Below, piece by piece: positions 56,301 through 63,197 of a stretch of 64,000 nucleotides of DNA. The notes below the pieces were generated by a model. It searched no databases, had not been told where the DNA came from, and saw only the letters and a list, made by a program, of their open reading frames with translations. This DNA comes from Isurus oxyrinchus. Taxonomy: Eukaryota. The stretch is from positions 4,526,001-4,590,000 of the forward strand of contig JANJGN010000034.1 in NCBI GenBank assembly GCA_026770705.1, in the 5' to 3' direction. A program made the position numbers and the translations under genes. Position 1 is the first letter of the stretch. Each line of letters begins with the position of its first letter.

Positions 56301-59300
56301 TTATCTTCACACGAATGCAAATGCAACATCCATTTTTACTAAAGTATGCCAAGCGTATAGCGTATTTTGATTAGATAAAGGTTGCAGTTCGCTTGATTCC
56401 AATGGAAATTAAATCACACAAATATGAACAACTGGACTCCCCCTCATAATCATACTCGACAACAAACCTGAAAGATATTACGCAATTAATTATACTTTCA
56501 TTTAATCCTTCTAGAACTGGACGATGCCAACAATACCACCATAGAGTCAGGTAAGCAACAATGAGAAATTGGTTTGGAATATTACTGCCATGACGATTGG
56601 TTGGTATCTCTCTTCGACATTTAACCTATACTTTTTCATCGCCATCCTTTTATCATCCGCTTATTAGTGGTAATCGTGTAATTGTCTTTAACAGGGCGAA
56701 TATTTCATTGCACTGGACCTCTTGAAATTAATCATCCATTAATGTTCTATTGCAAGTTAAATTAAAGGCTAATTTTGAAATCTTTATTCATGTTATATTT
56801 CTTAAAGCCTCCCTGCAATTATCGTGAAGACGCAGTGTGTCACTTTCAATTTCAGTCTTTCGTTAATCAATTGCAGTGCCAGAACTGAATAAGTGGTCCA
56901 ACCTCAGCTTTAAGTAGCTGCTTAACTGGCATATGCATAATCTCAAAGCATCTCAGAACGCTTTATATTCTAATTGGTTTTAACGAACTTAACAGATGAA
57001 AAAATGAAATCAAACGAGAAAGGTAATTCACTTTGAAAACAATACTTCATAAAAACAATGCAAATCATATTCTTACATTTATTTTTCAAGTGGTTGCTGC
57101 GGAAATGGCGGATCGGAAGATTAGTTAACGGGAGATTGAGAAGTCAATGACCATGTTATGTGTCTTGGTTCATTTGGTGGTGGGCTTACACCTTAGCGAG
57201 ATTTCTGTGTTTAATGCTAAGCTTCACTGGCTTTGGCTACTGTATCGGAACGTAATATTATTTCATCACTGAAAATGTGTTTCCTTCCTTCTGGCACATT
57301 TTTGGCTCAGTTTATGCTGAATTTCTGCCAAAAAAAACTTGCTTTTAATTAGGAAGTCAAATTCCAAACACCCCGCGAACAAGAGCAAATGTCCTGTCAC
57401 GAATCACTTTTTAAATTGACACCTCACATTTCATAATCTAAAACAGAACATCCGCGTAAATTATAATTAAAAATATTAATGAGTATGAGGACACATATCA
57501 TTCGATCTAAACACTCTATGTTTGATTTTGGCCTTGTCCCGCTCTTCCCTTCCACAATGCAGTGTCATACAATACTCGCAGTGATGCCCTGTGTCTCAGA
57601 AATTTGGAGTAATACCGACTTTCTTTCCCCAAAACTGTTCACAGTCGCTGAATAAAATTCCAGCAACTAACTCACTTACCAACAGCACTGTGGTCGTGCT
57701 TAAATTCACATGGACTGCAACAGTTCAAGTGCAACTGGGGATTGAGACAAAATGTTGGTCAGGCTATTGAAACCTCCATCCGTTCATGAATTTTTAAAAT
57801 ATTCTCGATATCTTCTTCCATTAGAACATAAAGGAATAACGGAACCCTCCAGGATAATTGCGTTTCTCCAATGATTTGGCCGCGTTACCTGCCCTCTGAT
57901 TCGCTTTCATATTTGTTTTTTGTCTAATTTTATCTCTAGTTTTGGATTAGTTTCCATGAACGTTTGTCATTCTTGTTGTGGTTAGCGCCATATGATGCCA
58001 AAATAATCTTGTTGCAAACAGATACTTTCTTTATTCCAGAGCTGGGTCAATGCAAAGAATCCTTGAAAGGCTTCGGTGAGAAAACATACACAGATTATGA
58101 AAGCCATCGGAAAACATCAGGGCAACAATTTATTCTGGAAAAGATATAAGTGCTGTTGATATTTTGGCCATCAGTTTTCTTCCAGGAAATTTGACTTATA
58201 TATATAAAACCATCAAGCAATAAATATAACAGGAGGTTAACGTAATACTAGACAGATTGTTATTTGTTCTTCCACATGCCTGAATGTAGTGACGTCCTAC
58301 TTAGGTAACCAATCAAATTCTCTTTGGTCTGTATCACATGCGGTAGAGCAATGCAAAACAACTGCATCTGTATTTGATAATTGTGTTGTTCACAGTAAAG
58401 AATGATGTTAAATGATAAAGTCATTATTTCTGTTTTACAGAAGAAAAACTTAAAGCAAAGCAAACCGGTAATATGCCTTGGTATTCAACTACTATAAATG
58501 CATTAATAAAATCTGTTAGCAATGAAATATTAGCAGAGGCTGTGATTCATTTTACCGTGGATTTTATGATTGGGATGTTGATGGTGATAGTTGCAAAGAC
58601 CCAAATGACGATCTGTCAGAAGATTGACTTTTATTCATGTTGCATAATGACACGATCTTGGACATGTATTCGAAATTTACAAGGAACAGTACCTTTATTT
58701 GTTAATACCTGCCTCATGCCTGAGGCAGACACGTCGTTATTGTGAAAAGTAAAGTGTGATTTTTGTCCGATATGATAATAAAAAAAGATTTTTTTTCCTG
58801 TGTAGCAGACCTTTTAGCAGTTGAACTAATTTTCCATTTGCCTTCAGTGGAGAAAGTGGAACAAACAGATGGAATTAATGTCAGCTCAAATAATACTCAC
58901 CATTGAATGGATGGATCTTCAAAAACGTATTGCAATAAGAAGCTGAAAATCAAATTAGTTATTTTTATAGTGGCAGTGTGATTCCAAATTTGGTTATCTG
59001 CTCCAATTGGATGCAGAATTTCACATCGGGTTACCAATACGTATGGACTGATGTGCACGGAACGATATGCTAAGAATTCCAAATCTCTCCATTGTCTATA
59101 GATGAAGTGATCTATTCTTCATCCTTCTAGAACTGGACGATGTTAAAAAGGCTGCCGATGGAACAGGTTAGCACACAGCAAAGGTTAAGGTTGGAACGCC
59201 TGTTGGTAATAGGCTGACATTGAGGATTACAACATTGAACACGTATTATAATTTTCTGTGAAGTCAATAAAGCAGTATCTCTGGTGAGGAATTTAAGCCA

Positions 59301-62300
59301 TTTATATTCTTCAATCGTCTGAGACAGAAAGGTTCTGCAGTCCTCCTGACATCATCGGGACCTTAACATTCAATTCAGAACTCAAATGAATCTGCAAAGT
59401 GGAGGTGATCAAAATGAATTAAAGAGGCATGGAATATAAGCAAACTAACTTCTTGCAACAATTACGTCTGCAATTGAACTGTCCAATTTAGCGAACTCAG
59501 CAATGGAAGGAGTCTGTAACAACTTATTGACGAATGAACTCCTGGCTATGAGAAGTATAAATTTCAAAGTTACATATCTGGGGGAAATATAATTAATATG
59601 TTGCAACAGCAACAATATGGCATGAAGAAGTCCAAGCCACATGCAAAGTCCGCAGAAGAAATTAACACGTAGCAAAAAATTATTCGGATTTTTCTTCACT
59701 CGAAATTTAATCGTTTAGTTGATGGAGCAGTGCCTGTGGAATCACAAAACTGAAATTCACAGAAGCCCCCCTGGCTTTCGAGGGAAATAGGTCTTTTTCA
59801 CTCAGCCAATCTCAGTAGAAATAATAAATGTGCTTGCATGCTATTTGTTTTTCATTTAAATTTTGTTTACTGTGTGCCAAAAATGAGAAATTCACTCCCA
59901 ACATTGCATCAGACACATATTTGCAAACATGTGTATCTGCCAGTAAAGCGTTTATGGACTGGCAGAAATACATTATACAGGTCACCAATAATGCTTCTGT
60001 CAAATAGGCAGCCATTAGTTTTGAAAAACCTTGAAGAGATGCATTCAAAGGTTTTGAGTTTCTCTTCGAAGTAAAGAGATGAAATGGTTTACTTCCACAA
60101 AAGCAGAATTCGAAGCATAAAAGTAATCTTTAAAATGTACACGTGAGAGGAATCTTGCTTACACTGACGACGCTAACACAGCTATCCACGAAATAAATGT
60201 TGAGTGAAACTGCGTTTCAATGATTCTATGTAGCAAAAGAGAGTTGTCATCATGTTTACTATAGTCCATGTCTACAGCAATAGCATCCACAGGCATTTAT
60301 AAGCTTCAAATTCAATTCTGTAGATTAGATTAATGCATGCCCATCACTGGCTTGATCAAAAATTTTTCCCAATCCCAAGCGAGCATAAATGAAAAAGTGC
60401 TGCTGTGCATAAGTGAGAGTCTACCCTATCAAGCTCGTTGAGATGCAGCTCATCTCTACCCACAATTATGAAGCTTAAAATAGGAACATACGAATAGGCA
60501 GCTTAGATGCTCAAATTTCACTTAAATCCGGGAAGATATGGACCGAGCTATTTTCAAAGCCATCTTCGTGGCTTTCGTACGTAACATTCTCTAATTTAAA
60601 ATAATGTTTGAAGTTCTGTAGCCAAGCACTGAGGGAGTCCCTAAAACATGCACATCAGTCGTTGATCAGTTTTCTCCTGTCTACATGCTCCCACGGCATT
60701 TTATTGACATCACCCCACGATGTTTTATAAATAATCTTAAACTGTTCTTTTTATAGCTTCCTAATCTTATATGGTGTAAAATTTTACTGCACTCGAGCCT
60801 TAAAACTGCTAGACCATTAACGTTCTATCCTGAAGCGATTTCAAGCTTTTTTTTTTTACCAAACGTTCATTCGTAATTCATATCTTAAAGCATCGCTGCA
60901 ATTTTGGTGAATCTCCAGTATATGTGATTTCCAGGTCCTGCCCATCTCTTTTCAGTTGTGGTACGACAACTCAAAACAAGGTTAAACATGATCATTATCT
61001 AAATGCATAACTGATATAAACACAAAAACTCAATTCATCACATAACGCCCTTCATATTTTTCAAAGTATACAGTCTGTTGTAATTAATATTCATGCACTT
61101 TTGCAGAGAAAGAACTGAAATCAAAAGAAGCGGGTAATTGATTGTAAAATCATTATGTCAGAACGGCATTGCAAGTGAAATGTTCCCATTCTTTTTTTGA
61201 GTGGATGCTGTGAAAATAGCTTTTTGGGAGATTGCTTACAAGGTGATGGAGAAACGAATATTATTACCCTCTTGATTCAAACGGTGCTGAGCATACATCT
61301 GAGCAAGGTTTCTTAGTTTTAGGCTGAACTGCACTCTCTTCGACTTGTGTGCAACTAATTTATTCTATTGCAGCATTGAGAATATGTTTCCTTGCTTCAG
61401 GCGCATTTTGACTCAGTTGAGTCTGAATTACCGTAAACGTACTTCAAGCCCCGATTGGAATTACAATTCAGAGGGATGTCGTCCAATCCTCTTTCCAAAT
61501 TAACAATTCAAATATCATAAACCATGACCTGCATAGTTTGCATTAAATTACACGAGGACAATAGGACAATCAAAATAAACTAAACATCTCTAAATTTTGT
61601 TTCCTCCCACTTTCCCAATTTATAATGGGTTTGGGAAACAATATTCGCAGTCCTGTTAGGAATGTCTGAAAGTTTCGGCAACATATATGTGTTCCCCCTA
61701 ACTGTTAAAGGTTAACATAAAAGCTCAATACTCTCCATCTGTTTTCTAGTACACAAAACAAACAAAACAGCCCTCTTACGTCCTTGCACTTCTCCAATAC
61801 TGCCAAATGTGCATCCAAAATGTACGCCCCCTGACAGCTGCCAACATTACTTTCAACTTGGTATAATCTGGAATTGCTCACTTGAGGAACTTTGCTTTGC
61901 TGTTTATCACTCCAATATGTTGGCATTATTTGTTAGTTCCATCCTTAACAAAAAAACATATCCACATAGACTCATTACCTGTCTCCTGCCACGTTGCTGT
62001 TTTTGTTGTGCACAGGTTTCTCTGTTAGAAGATACATAGCCCTCGAATGTATTTAACAAGCCTTTTTTGTTGAAGCTGCCAATATGGTGGCACGTTAAGC
62101 TTATCACAAATTAAAATGTTCCTCATTCCAGAGCTCACTGAATGCAAAGAGTCTTCGAAAGATTTAAGTAAGAAAACATACTTCTCACGTAAAATAACTC
62201 CATAGTAAAGGCAGGGCAGCAACGTCATATAGGACACTAAAGCAGGACAGGTGACAACGATTTATACGGAGCTTTTACCCTTTGGCCATTTTATAACAGA

Positions 62301-63197
62301 TAGGTCCTCCTCATCAGTATCGTATTTGAACAGTTGCTTGTCTGAATCTAATGGTGGCATATTGATGCGACCAATCTTCTTTGTGTTGGCCAATATTCCA
62401 ATTGCTGCAGGGATGGGCACAATTAGCCTGCTTTCTGGAAGTGCACTGTTCACACTGGAATTTGCCGTTGTCTCATGAAGACATTAATTTCTGATTTATA
62501 GAGGAAAAGTTGAAGGACGTTCAAAAAGGTATTTCATTTATCAATCCAACCGGCTAAGGAGGCATTACGAAGAGTGGTGTGAAGAACATACTGCAAGATG
62601 ATGAGAGTTGTGATGAAGTGAAGGTGGATTATTAATTACATTGAATTTTTTTTTCAATGCATAATTGAACGAACTTGAAAAGTTTTTTTTTATTTTCAAA
62701 TTTCTGCTTTAAATAACCTTTACATATTGATAGCTAGGTCATGCGAACAGATCCAATACATTTTTCTGAAAGTCCAGATGTGATCTCCGTCTTCTAAACC
62801 AAGGAATAATACACAAAATCATTTTTCTGGCGCGCCTGCTTCTAGTCGCCCCAAGTTTCGTGTTGTTTGTCATCAGGGGAAAAAGGAAATCATGCAACCT
62901 ATGCATCCAATGAATCTCAACTCAAAATTTGTTAATCACTGAATGGATATAGCATCAACCGTTCAATATAGCACGCAAGGGAAATGTGGTTGTTTAGTGC
63001 TATTCAGACAACAGCTTAAAATTAGGTTGTGTGCATCGTTGGAGCATAATTTTACATTGAACCACCTATGGATTTGGTCCGTTGTGGAGGAAGACGCATA
63101 TATGGAATTTGTAATATCTTGATTGTATATATCTGAAATGATCTATTCTTCCTTCTTCTAGGACTGGACGGTTTCAAAAAAGTTATTGGTGACTCAG
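3548..63197 (+). CDS. Internal part of a multi-exon gene: tandem array of 27/36-nt phase-1 micro-exons encoding a long Cys-containing heptad coiled coil; start and stop outside the window
   Basis: 48 homologous micro-exon copies of 4 types, most with polypyrimidine-AG acceptors and GT donors, lengths 27 or 36 nt, all phase 1-1. The joined translation is open, e.g. ELTACKKSLKDL-EEKLKAKQN-ELDDANNTTIES-DEKMKSNEK-ELGQCKESLKGF-EEKLKAKQT-ELDDVKKAADGT-EKELKSKEA. Confidence 0.85.
3974..4000 (+). CDS. Micro-exon B1 (EDKLKRKQN)
   Basis: ctttacag|AAGATAAG..AAAACG|gtttta, 27 nt, weak donor. Confidence 0.75.
4693..4728 (+). CDS. Micro-exon C1 (ELDDIKTATNGS)
   Basis: ccttccag|AACTGGAC..GGCTCAG|gtgagt, 36 nt. 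Confidence 0.85.
5680..6690 (-). mobile_element. Decayed CR1-type LINE fragment (RT and 3' part of ORF2)
   Basis: Minus-strand ORF pieces VANFADDTKK..LQVDVGRL..WHMELNVEKCEVVH and YRALLRLHLKYCVQFSS. Confidence 0.85.
7520..7626 (+). repeat. G-rich low-complexity tract
   Basis: Runs of G with repeated gggcgtgaggtggggggg units. Confidence 0.8.
8073..8099 (+). pseudogene. Dead micro-exon D1
   Basis: AA AAA TAA GCG ACA TCA AAA GAA GGA G|atgaaat: in-frame TAA and donor GT changed to AT; expected position ~0.9 kb before A2. Confidence 0.6.
8991..9026 (+). CDS. Micro-exon A2 (ELTTCKESLKAL)
   Basis: attccag|AGCTCACC..GCATTAG|gtgaga; intact but flanked by damaged exons. Confidence 0.7.
9429..9454 (+). 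pseudogene. Damaged micro-exon B2 (26 nt, frameshifting)
   Basis: ttgcag|AAGAAAAGC-GAAAGCAAAACAAAATT|gtatta; 1-nt deletion against the B consensus CTG. Confidence 0.7.
10194..10229 (+). CDS. Micro-exon C2 (ELGEFKKAADRQ)
   Basis: ttcttcaag|AGCTGGGA..AGACAAG|gttagc. Confidence 0.65.
11903..11926 (+). CDS. Micro-exon D2, shortened to 24 nt (EKEIKSKK)
   Basis: ttcgcag|AGAAAGAAATAAAGTCAAAAAAAG|gtgaac; original donor lost, a GT 3 nt upstream keeps frame. Confidence 0.6.
12924..12959 (+). pseudogene. Dead micro-exon A3 (ELNSCKEYLKEL)
   Basis: Acceptor cctg instead of ccag; donor gtatga. Confidence 0.7.
13165..13275 (-). repeat. Short interspersed repeat fragment
   Basis: Reverse complement reads aaaatcttggaaaaatcagctggtctgagggcatccatggaccgaaatacagagttaac, similar to the + copy at ~21630. 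Confidence 0.5.
13478..13504 (+). pseudogene. Micro-exon B3 (DIKLNEKEK) ending in T; would form a stop with the next exon
   Basis: ttgcag|ATATAAAGCTG..GAAAAGT|gtatta; T plus AA or AG gives TAA or TAG. Confidence 0.65.
13810..14550 (+). mobile_element. Highly decayed CR1-type LINE fragment
   Basis: gtggagttccacagggc..cttggg (RT region) and a 3' end gggctgaatggccttcttctg. Confidence 0.65.
15038..15073 (+). pseudogene. Dead micro-exon C3 (ELDDVAKAAGSS)
   Basis: Acceptor cctg instead of ccag; donor gttggc. Confidence 0.7.
17047..17071 (+). pseudogene. Damaged micro-exon D3 (25 nt, frameshifting)
   Basis: ttaag|AAAAGAAATTAAACCAAATATCTAG|gtaaat at the D position ~1 kb before A4. Confidence 0.55.
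18089..18124 (+). pseudogene. Dead micro-exon A4 (VHNPCKESLKGL)
   Basis: ttctcag acceptor intact; donor atacga (GT changed to AT). Confidence 0.7.
18600..19760 (-). mobile_element. Probable decayed LINE fragment inserted where exons B4/C4 are expected
   Basis: Higher-GC block that interrupts unit homology; family and orientation not firmly assigned. Confidence 0.4.
19830..21210 (+). mobile_element. Old CR1-type LINE 3' fragment with a nested younger copy
   Basis: QGDLGIQV..ILSFITRGIEHK..VVLQFARAPVTPHLE; continues after 21040. Confidence 0.8.
20605..21040 (+). mobile_element. Younger 5'-truncated CR1-type insertion with candidate 8-bp target-site duplication acttttga
   Basis: MRGDLNENYRTLKGLDRMDVGKM..RTRG; tail ggtcttat-ggtcatat-ggccttat; acttttga at 20597-20604 and 21041-21048. 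Confidence 0.75.
21628..21730 (+). repeat. Short interspersed repeat fragment
   Basis: aaaactgaaaacgtgaaaaatctcaccaggtctttcagcatttgtggagacggaaactgattaa, homologous to the minus copy at ~13200. Confidence 0.5.
22845..22871 (+). CDS. Micro-exon D4 (EREMKTKEE)
   Basis: tttaacag|AAAGAGAA..GAAGAGG|gtaaat. Confidence 0.85.
23852..23887 (+). CDS. Micro-exon A5 (ELSKCNEALKEL)
   Basis: attccag|AGCTCTCC..GAACTGG|gtgagt. Confidence 0.85.
24210..24540 (+). mobile_element. CR1-type LINE 3' fragment in the A5-B5 intron
   Basis: LLETYNILIGRDRRGVDMMFPL..VVEAKS. Confidence 0.7.
24677..24703 (+). CDS. Micro-exon B5 (EGKLKAKEK)
   Basis: ttttacag|AAGGAAAA..GAAAAAG|gtattg. Confidence 0.85.
25464..25499 (+). 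CDS. Micro-exon C5 (ELGSVKKAADHS)
   Basis: ccttccag|AACTGGGA..CACTCAG|gttagc. Confidence 0.85.
27437..27463 (+). CDS. Micro-exon D5 (GDELKAKEA)
   Basis: ttttaacag|GAGATGAA..GAAGCGG|gtaact. Confidence 0.85.
28514..28549 (+). CDS. Micro-exon A6 (ELIACKESLQGL)
   Basis: cattgcag|AGCTCATT..GGTTTAG|gtgaga. Confidence 0.85.
   Translation, partial: SSLHAKNLCRV
29208..29234 (+). CDS. Micro-exon D6 (EGKLKIKEE); this unit lacks B and C
   Basis: tttcaacag|AAGGAAAA..GAGGAGG|gtaatt with D-type flanks. Confidence 0.8.
30299..30334 (+). CDS. Micro-exon A7 (ELTACKESLNIL)
   Basis: ctttctag|AGCTGACT..ATTTTAG|gtgaga. Confidence 0.85.
30707..30732 (+). pseudogene. Dead micro-exon B7
   Basis: ttttgctg|GAGGAAAGTGACAACAAAGAAAAACA|at; both splice sites lost, at the expected distance from A7. 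Confidence 0.45.
32316..32388 (+). repeat. (TG)n/(AG)n microsatellite
   Basis: gtgtgtgt..gagagag run. Confidence 0.9.
32480..35040. mobile_element. Cluster of highly decayed CR1-type LINE fragments in both orientations
   Basis: + fragment ~32500-33100, - fragment ~33200-34000, + 3' fragment ~34430-35040 ending ggcctactgctgttcttaac; boundaries approximate. Confidence 0.55.
35492..35528 (+). pseudogene. Dead micro-exon C7
   Basis: Acceptor cttg; a 1-nt insertion gives AA CTG GAC AAA GTT TAA; donor altered. Confidence 0.65.
36940..36965 (+). pseudogene. Dead micro-exon D7 (EGKIKSVEE-like)
   Basis: ttaactg acceptor and ataatt donor, both mutated. Confidence 0.6.
38106..38141 (+). pseudogene. 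Dead micro-exon A8 (DITTCKEDLRDL)
   Basis: attccag acceptor intact; donor ctgaga (GT changed to CT). Confidence 0.7.
38520..38546 (+). CDS. Micro-exon B8 (EAELNAKQE)
   Basis: ctttacag|AAGCAGAG..CAAGAAG|gtggga. Confidence 0.8.
39200..39235 (+). pseudogene. Dead micro-exon C8 (ELDKVKKAAESS)
   Basis: Acceptor ttcctt (no AG); donor gtttgc. Confidence 0.7.
40184..40219 (+). CDS. Out-of-pattern A-like micro-exon (ELKTCKDTVKET); alternative acceptor at 40175 adds 3 codons
   Basis: ttattacag|acaattcag|AACTCAAAACCTGTAAAGACACTGTGAAAGAGACAG|gtacgg. Confidence 0.7.
41487..41513 (+). CDS. Micro-exon D8 (EEKMKSKDE)
   Basis: tttaacag|AAGAAAAA..GACGAAG|gtaaat. Confidence 0.85.
42503..42538 (+). CDS. Micro-exon A9 (ELTTCKKSWKKL)
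   Basis: cattgcag|AGCTCACC..AAATTAG|gtgtgg. Confidence 0.8.
   Translation, partial: SSPHARNHGKN
42850..43860 (-). mobile_element. CR1-type LINE 3' fragment with a second repeat nested at ~43480-43620
   Basis: LINE 3' end cacagaa..gaaggagtccatcagacccatcg; minus ORF WIPLPGRVPEACTIKAFGRKL; lengthens the A9-B9 intron. Confidence 0.65.
44019..44042 (+). CDS. Micro-exon B9 (EKLKGKQN) using a shifted acceptor
   Basis: Canonical acceptor mutated (ttacac at 44015); AAG 3 nt downstream gives an in-frame 24-nt exon; donor gtatta. Confidence 0.55.
44771..44806 (+). CDS. Micro-exon C9 (xLDEIEKAANDS)
   Basis: ccttccag|AACTGGAT..GACTCAG|gttagc. Confidence 0.85.
46790..46816 (+). CDS. Micro-exon D9 (EEKAKSKDK)
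   Basis: ttcgacag|AAGAAAAA..GATAAAG|gtaatt. Confidence 0.85.
47650..47995 (-). mobile_element. CR1-type LINE 3' fragment
   Basis: aacattaggcttaggagcagggagaggcc..tcatagctgatct..ttcaatgacccc, the reverse complement of a LINE tail. Confidence 0.65.
48274..48309 (+). CDS. Micro-exon A10 (ELNDCKKSFKVS)
   Basis: cattccag|AACTAAAT..GTCTCAG|gtgaga. Confidence 0.85.
48602..48628 (+). CDS. Micro-exon B10 (EQKLKEKQE)
   Basis: ctttacag|AACAAAAA..CAAGAAG|gtacta. Confidence 0.8.
48927..49250 (+). mobile_element. tRNA-derived SINE (decayed)
   Basis: 5' ggggaggcggtggcatggcggta (A-box-like), ggtttcgaattcc (B-box-like), A-rich tail. Confidence 0.6.
49662..49697 (+). CDS. Micro-exon C10 (ELDIVRKNAENS)
   Basis: ccttccag|AACTCGAC..AACTCAG|gttggc. 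Confidence 0.85.
53343..53369 (+). CDS. Micro-exon D10 (VAETKSKEA)
   Basis: ttaattag|TGGCAGAA..GAAGCAG|gtaatt. Confidence 0.7.
54396..54431 (+). CDS. Micro-exon A11 (ELTACKKSLKDL)
   Basis: cattgcag|AGCTTACG..GACTTAG|gtgaga. Confidence 0.88.
54824..54850 (+). CDS. Micro-exon B11 (EEKLKAKQN)
   Basis: atttacag|AAGAAAAG..CAAAACG|gtatta. Confidence 0.85.
56515..56550 (+). CDS. Micro-exon C11 (ELDDANNTTIES)
   Basis: ccttctag|AACTGGAC..GAGTCAG|gtaagc. Confidence 0.85.
56996..57022 (+). CDS. Micro-exon D11 (DEKMKSNEK)
   Basis: cttaacag|ATGAAAAA..GAGAAAG|gtaatt. Confidence 0.85.
58040..58075 (+). CDS. Micro-exon A12 (ELGQCKESLKGF)
   Basis: tattccag|AGCTGGGT..GGCTTCG|gtgaga. Confidence 0.85.
58441..58467 (+). 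CDS. Micro-exon B12 (EEKLKAKQT)
   Basis: ttttacag|AAGAAAAA..CAAACCG|gtaata. Confidence 0.88.
59131..59166 (+). CDS. Micro-exon C12 (ELDDVKKAADGT)
   Basis: ccttctag|AACTGGAC..GGAACAG|gttagc. Confidence 0.88.
61107..61133 (+). CDS. Micro-exon D12 (EKELKSKEA)
   Basis: ttttgcag|AGAAAGAA..GAAGCGG|gtaatt. Confidence 0.88.
62132..62167 (+). CDS. Micro-exon A13 (ELTECKESSKDL)
   Basis: cattccag|AGCTCACT..GATTTAA|gtaaga. Confidence 0.85.
   Translation, partial: SSLNAKSLRKI
62502..62528 (+). CDS. Micro-exon B13 (KEKLKDVQK)
   Basis: atttatag|AGGAAAAG..CAAAAAG|gtattt. Confidence 0.8.
63162..63197 (+). CDS. Micro-exon C13 (GLDGFKKVIGDS)
   Basis: tcttctag|GACTGGAC..GACTCAG|gttagc. Confidence 0.8.

Noticed and set aside
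3548-63197. CRISPR-like array, suggested by ~36-nt recurring units
   Set aside because: Units are hundreds to thousands of bases apart, vary by codon, have splice signals, and there are no cas genes; the DNA is eukaryotic.
3548-63197. Antigen-receptor J or D segment cluster
   Set aside because: The segments have splice acceptors rather than heptamer/nonamer signals and lack FGxG or WGxG motifs.
3548-63197. Naming the gene as CD23, CD209, butyrophilin/BG, tetherin or a myosin/tropomyosin
   Set aside because: Only a generic coiled-coil repeat is visible, with no diagnostic domain in the window.
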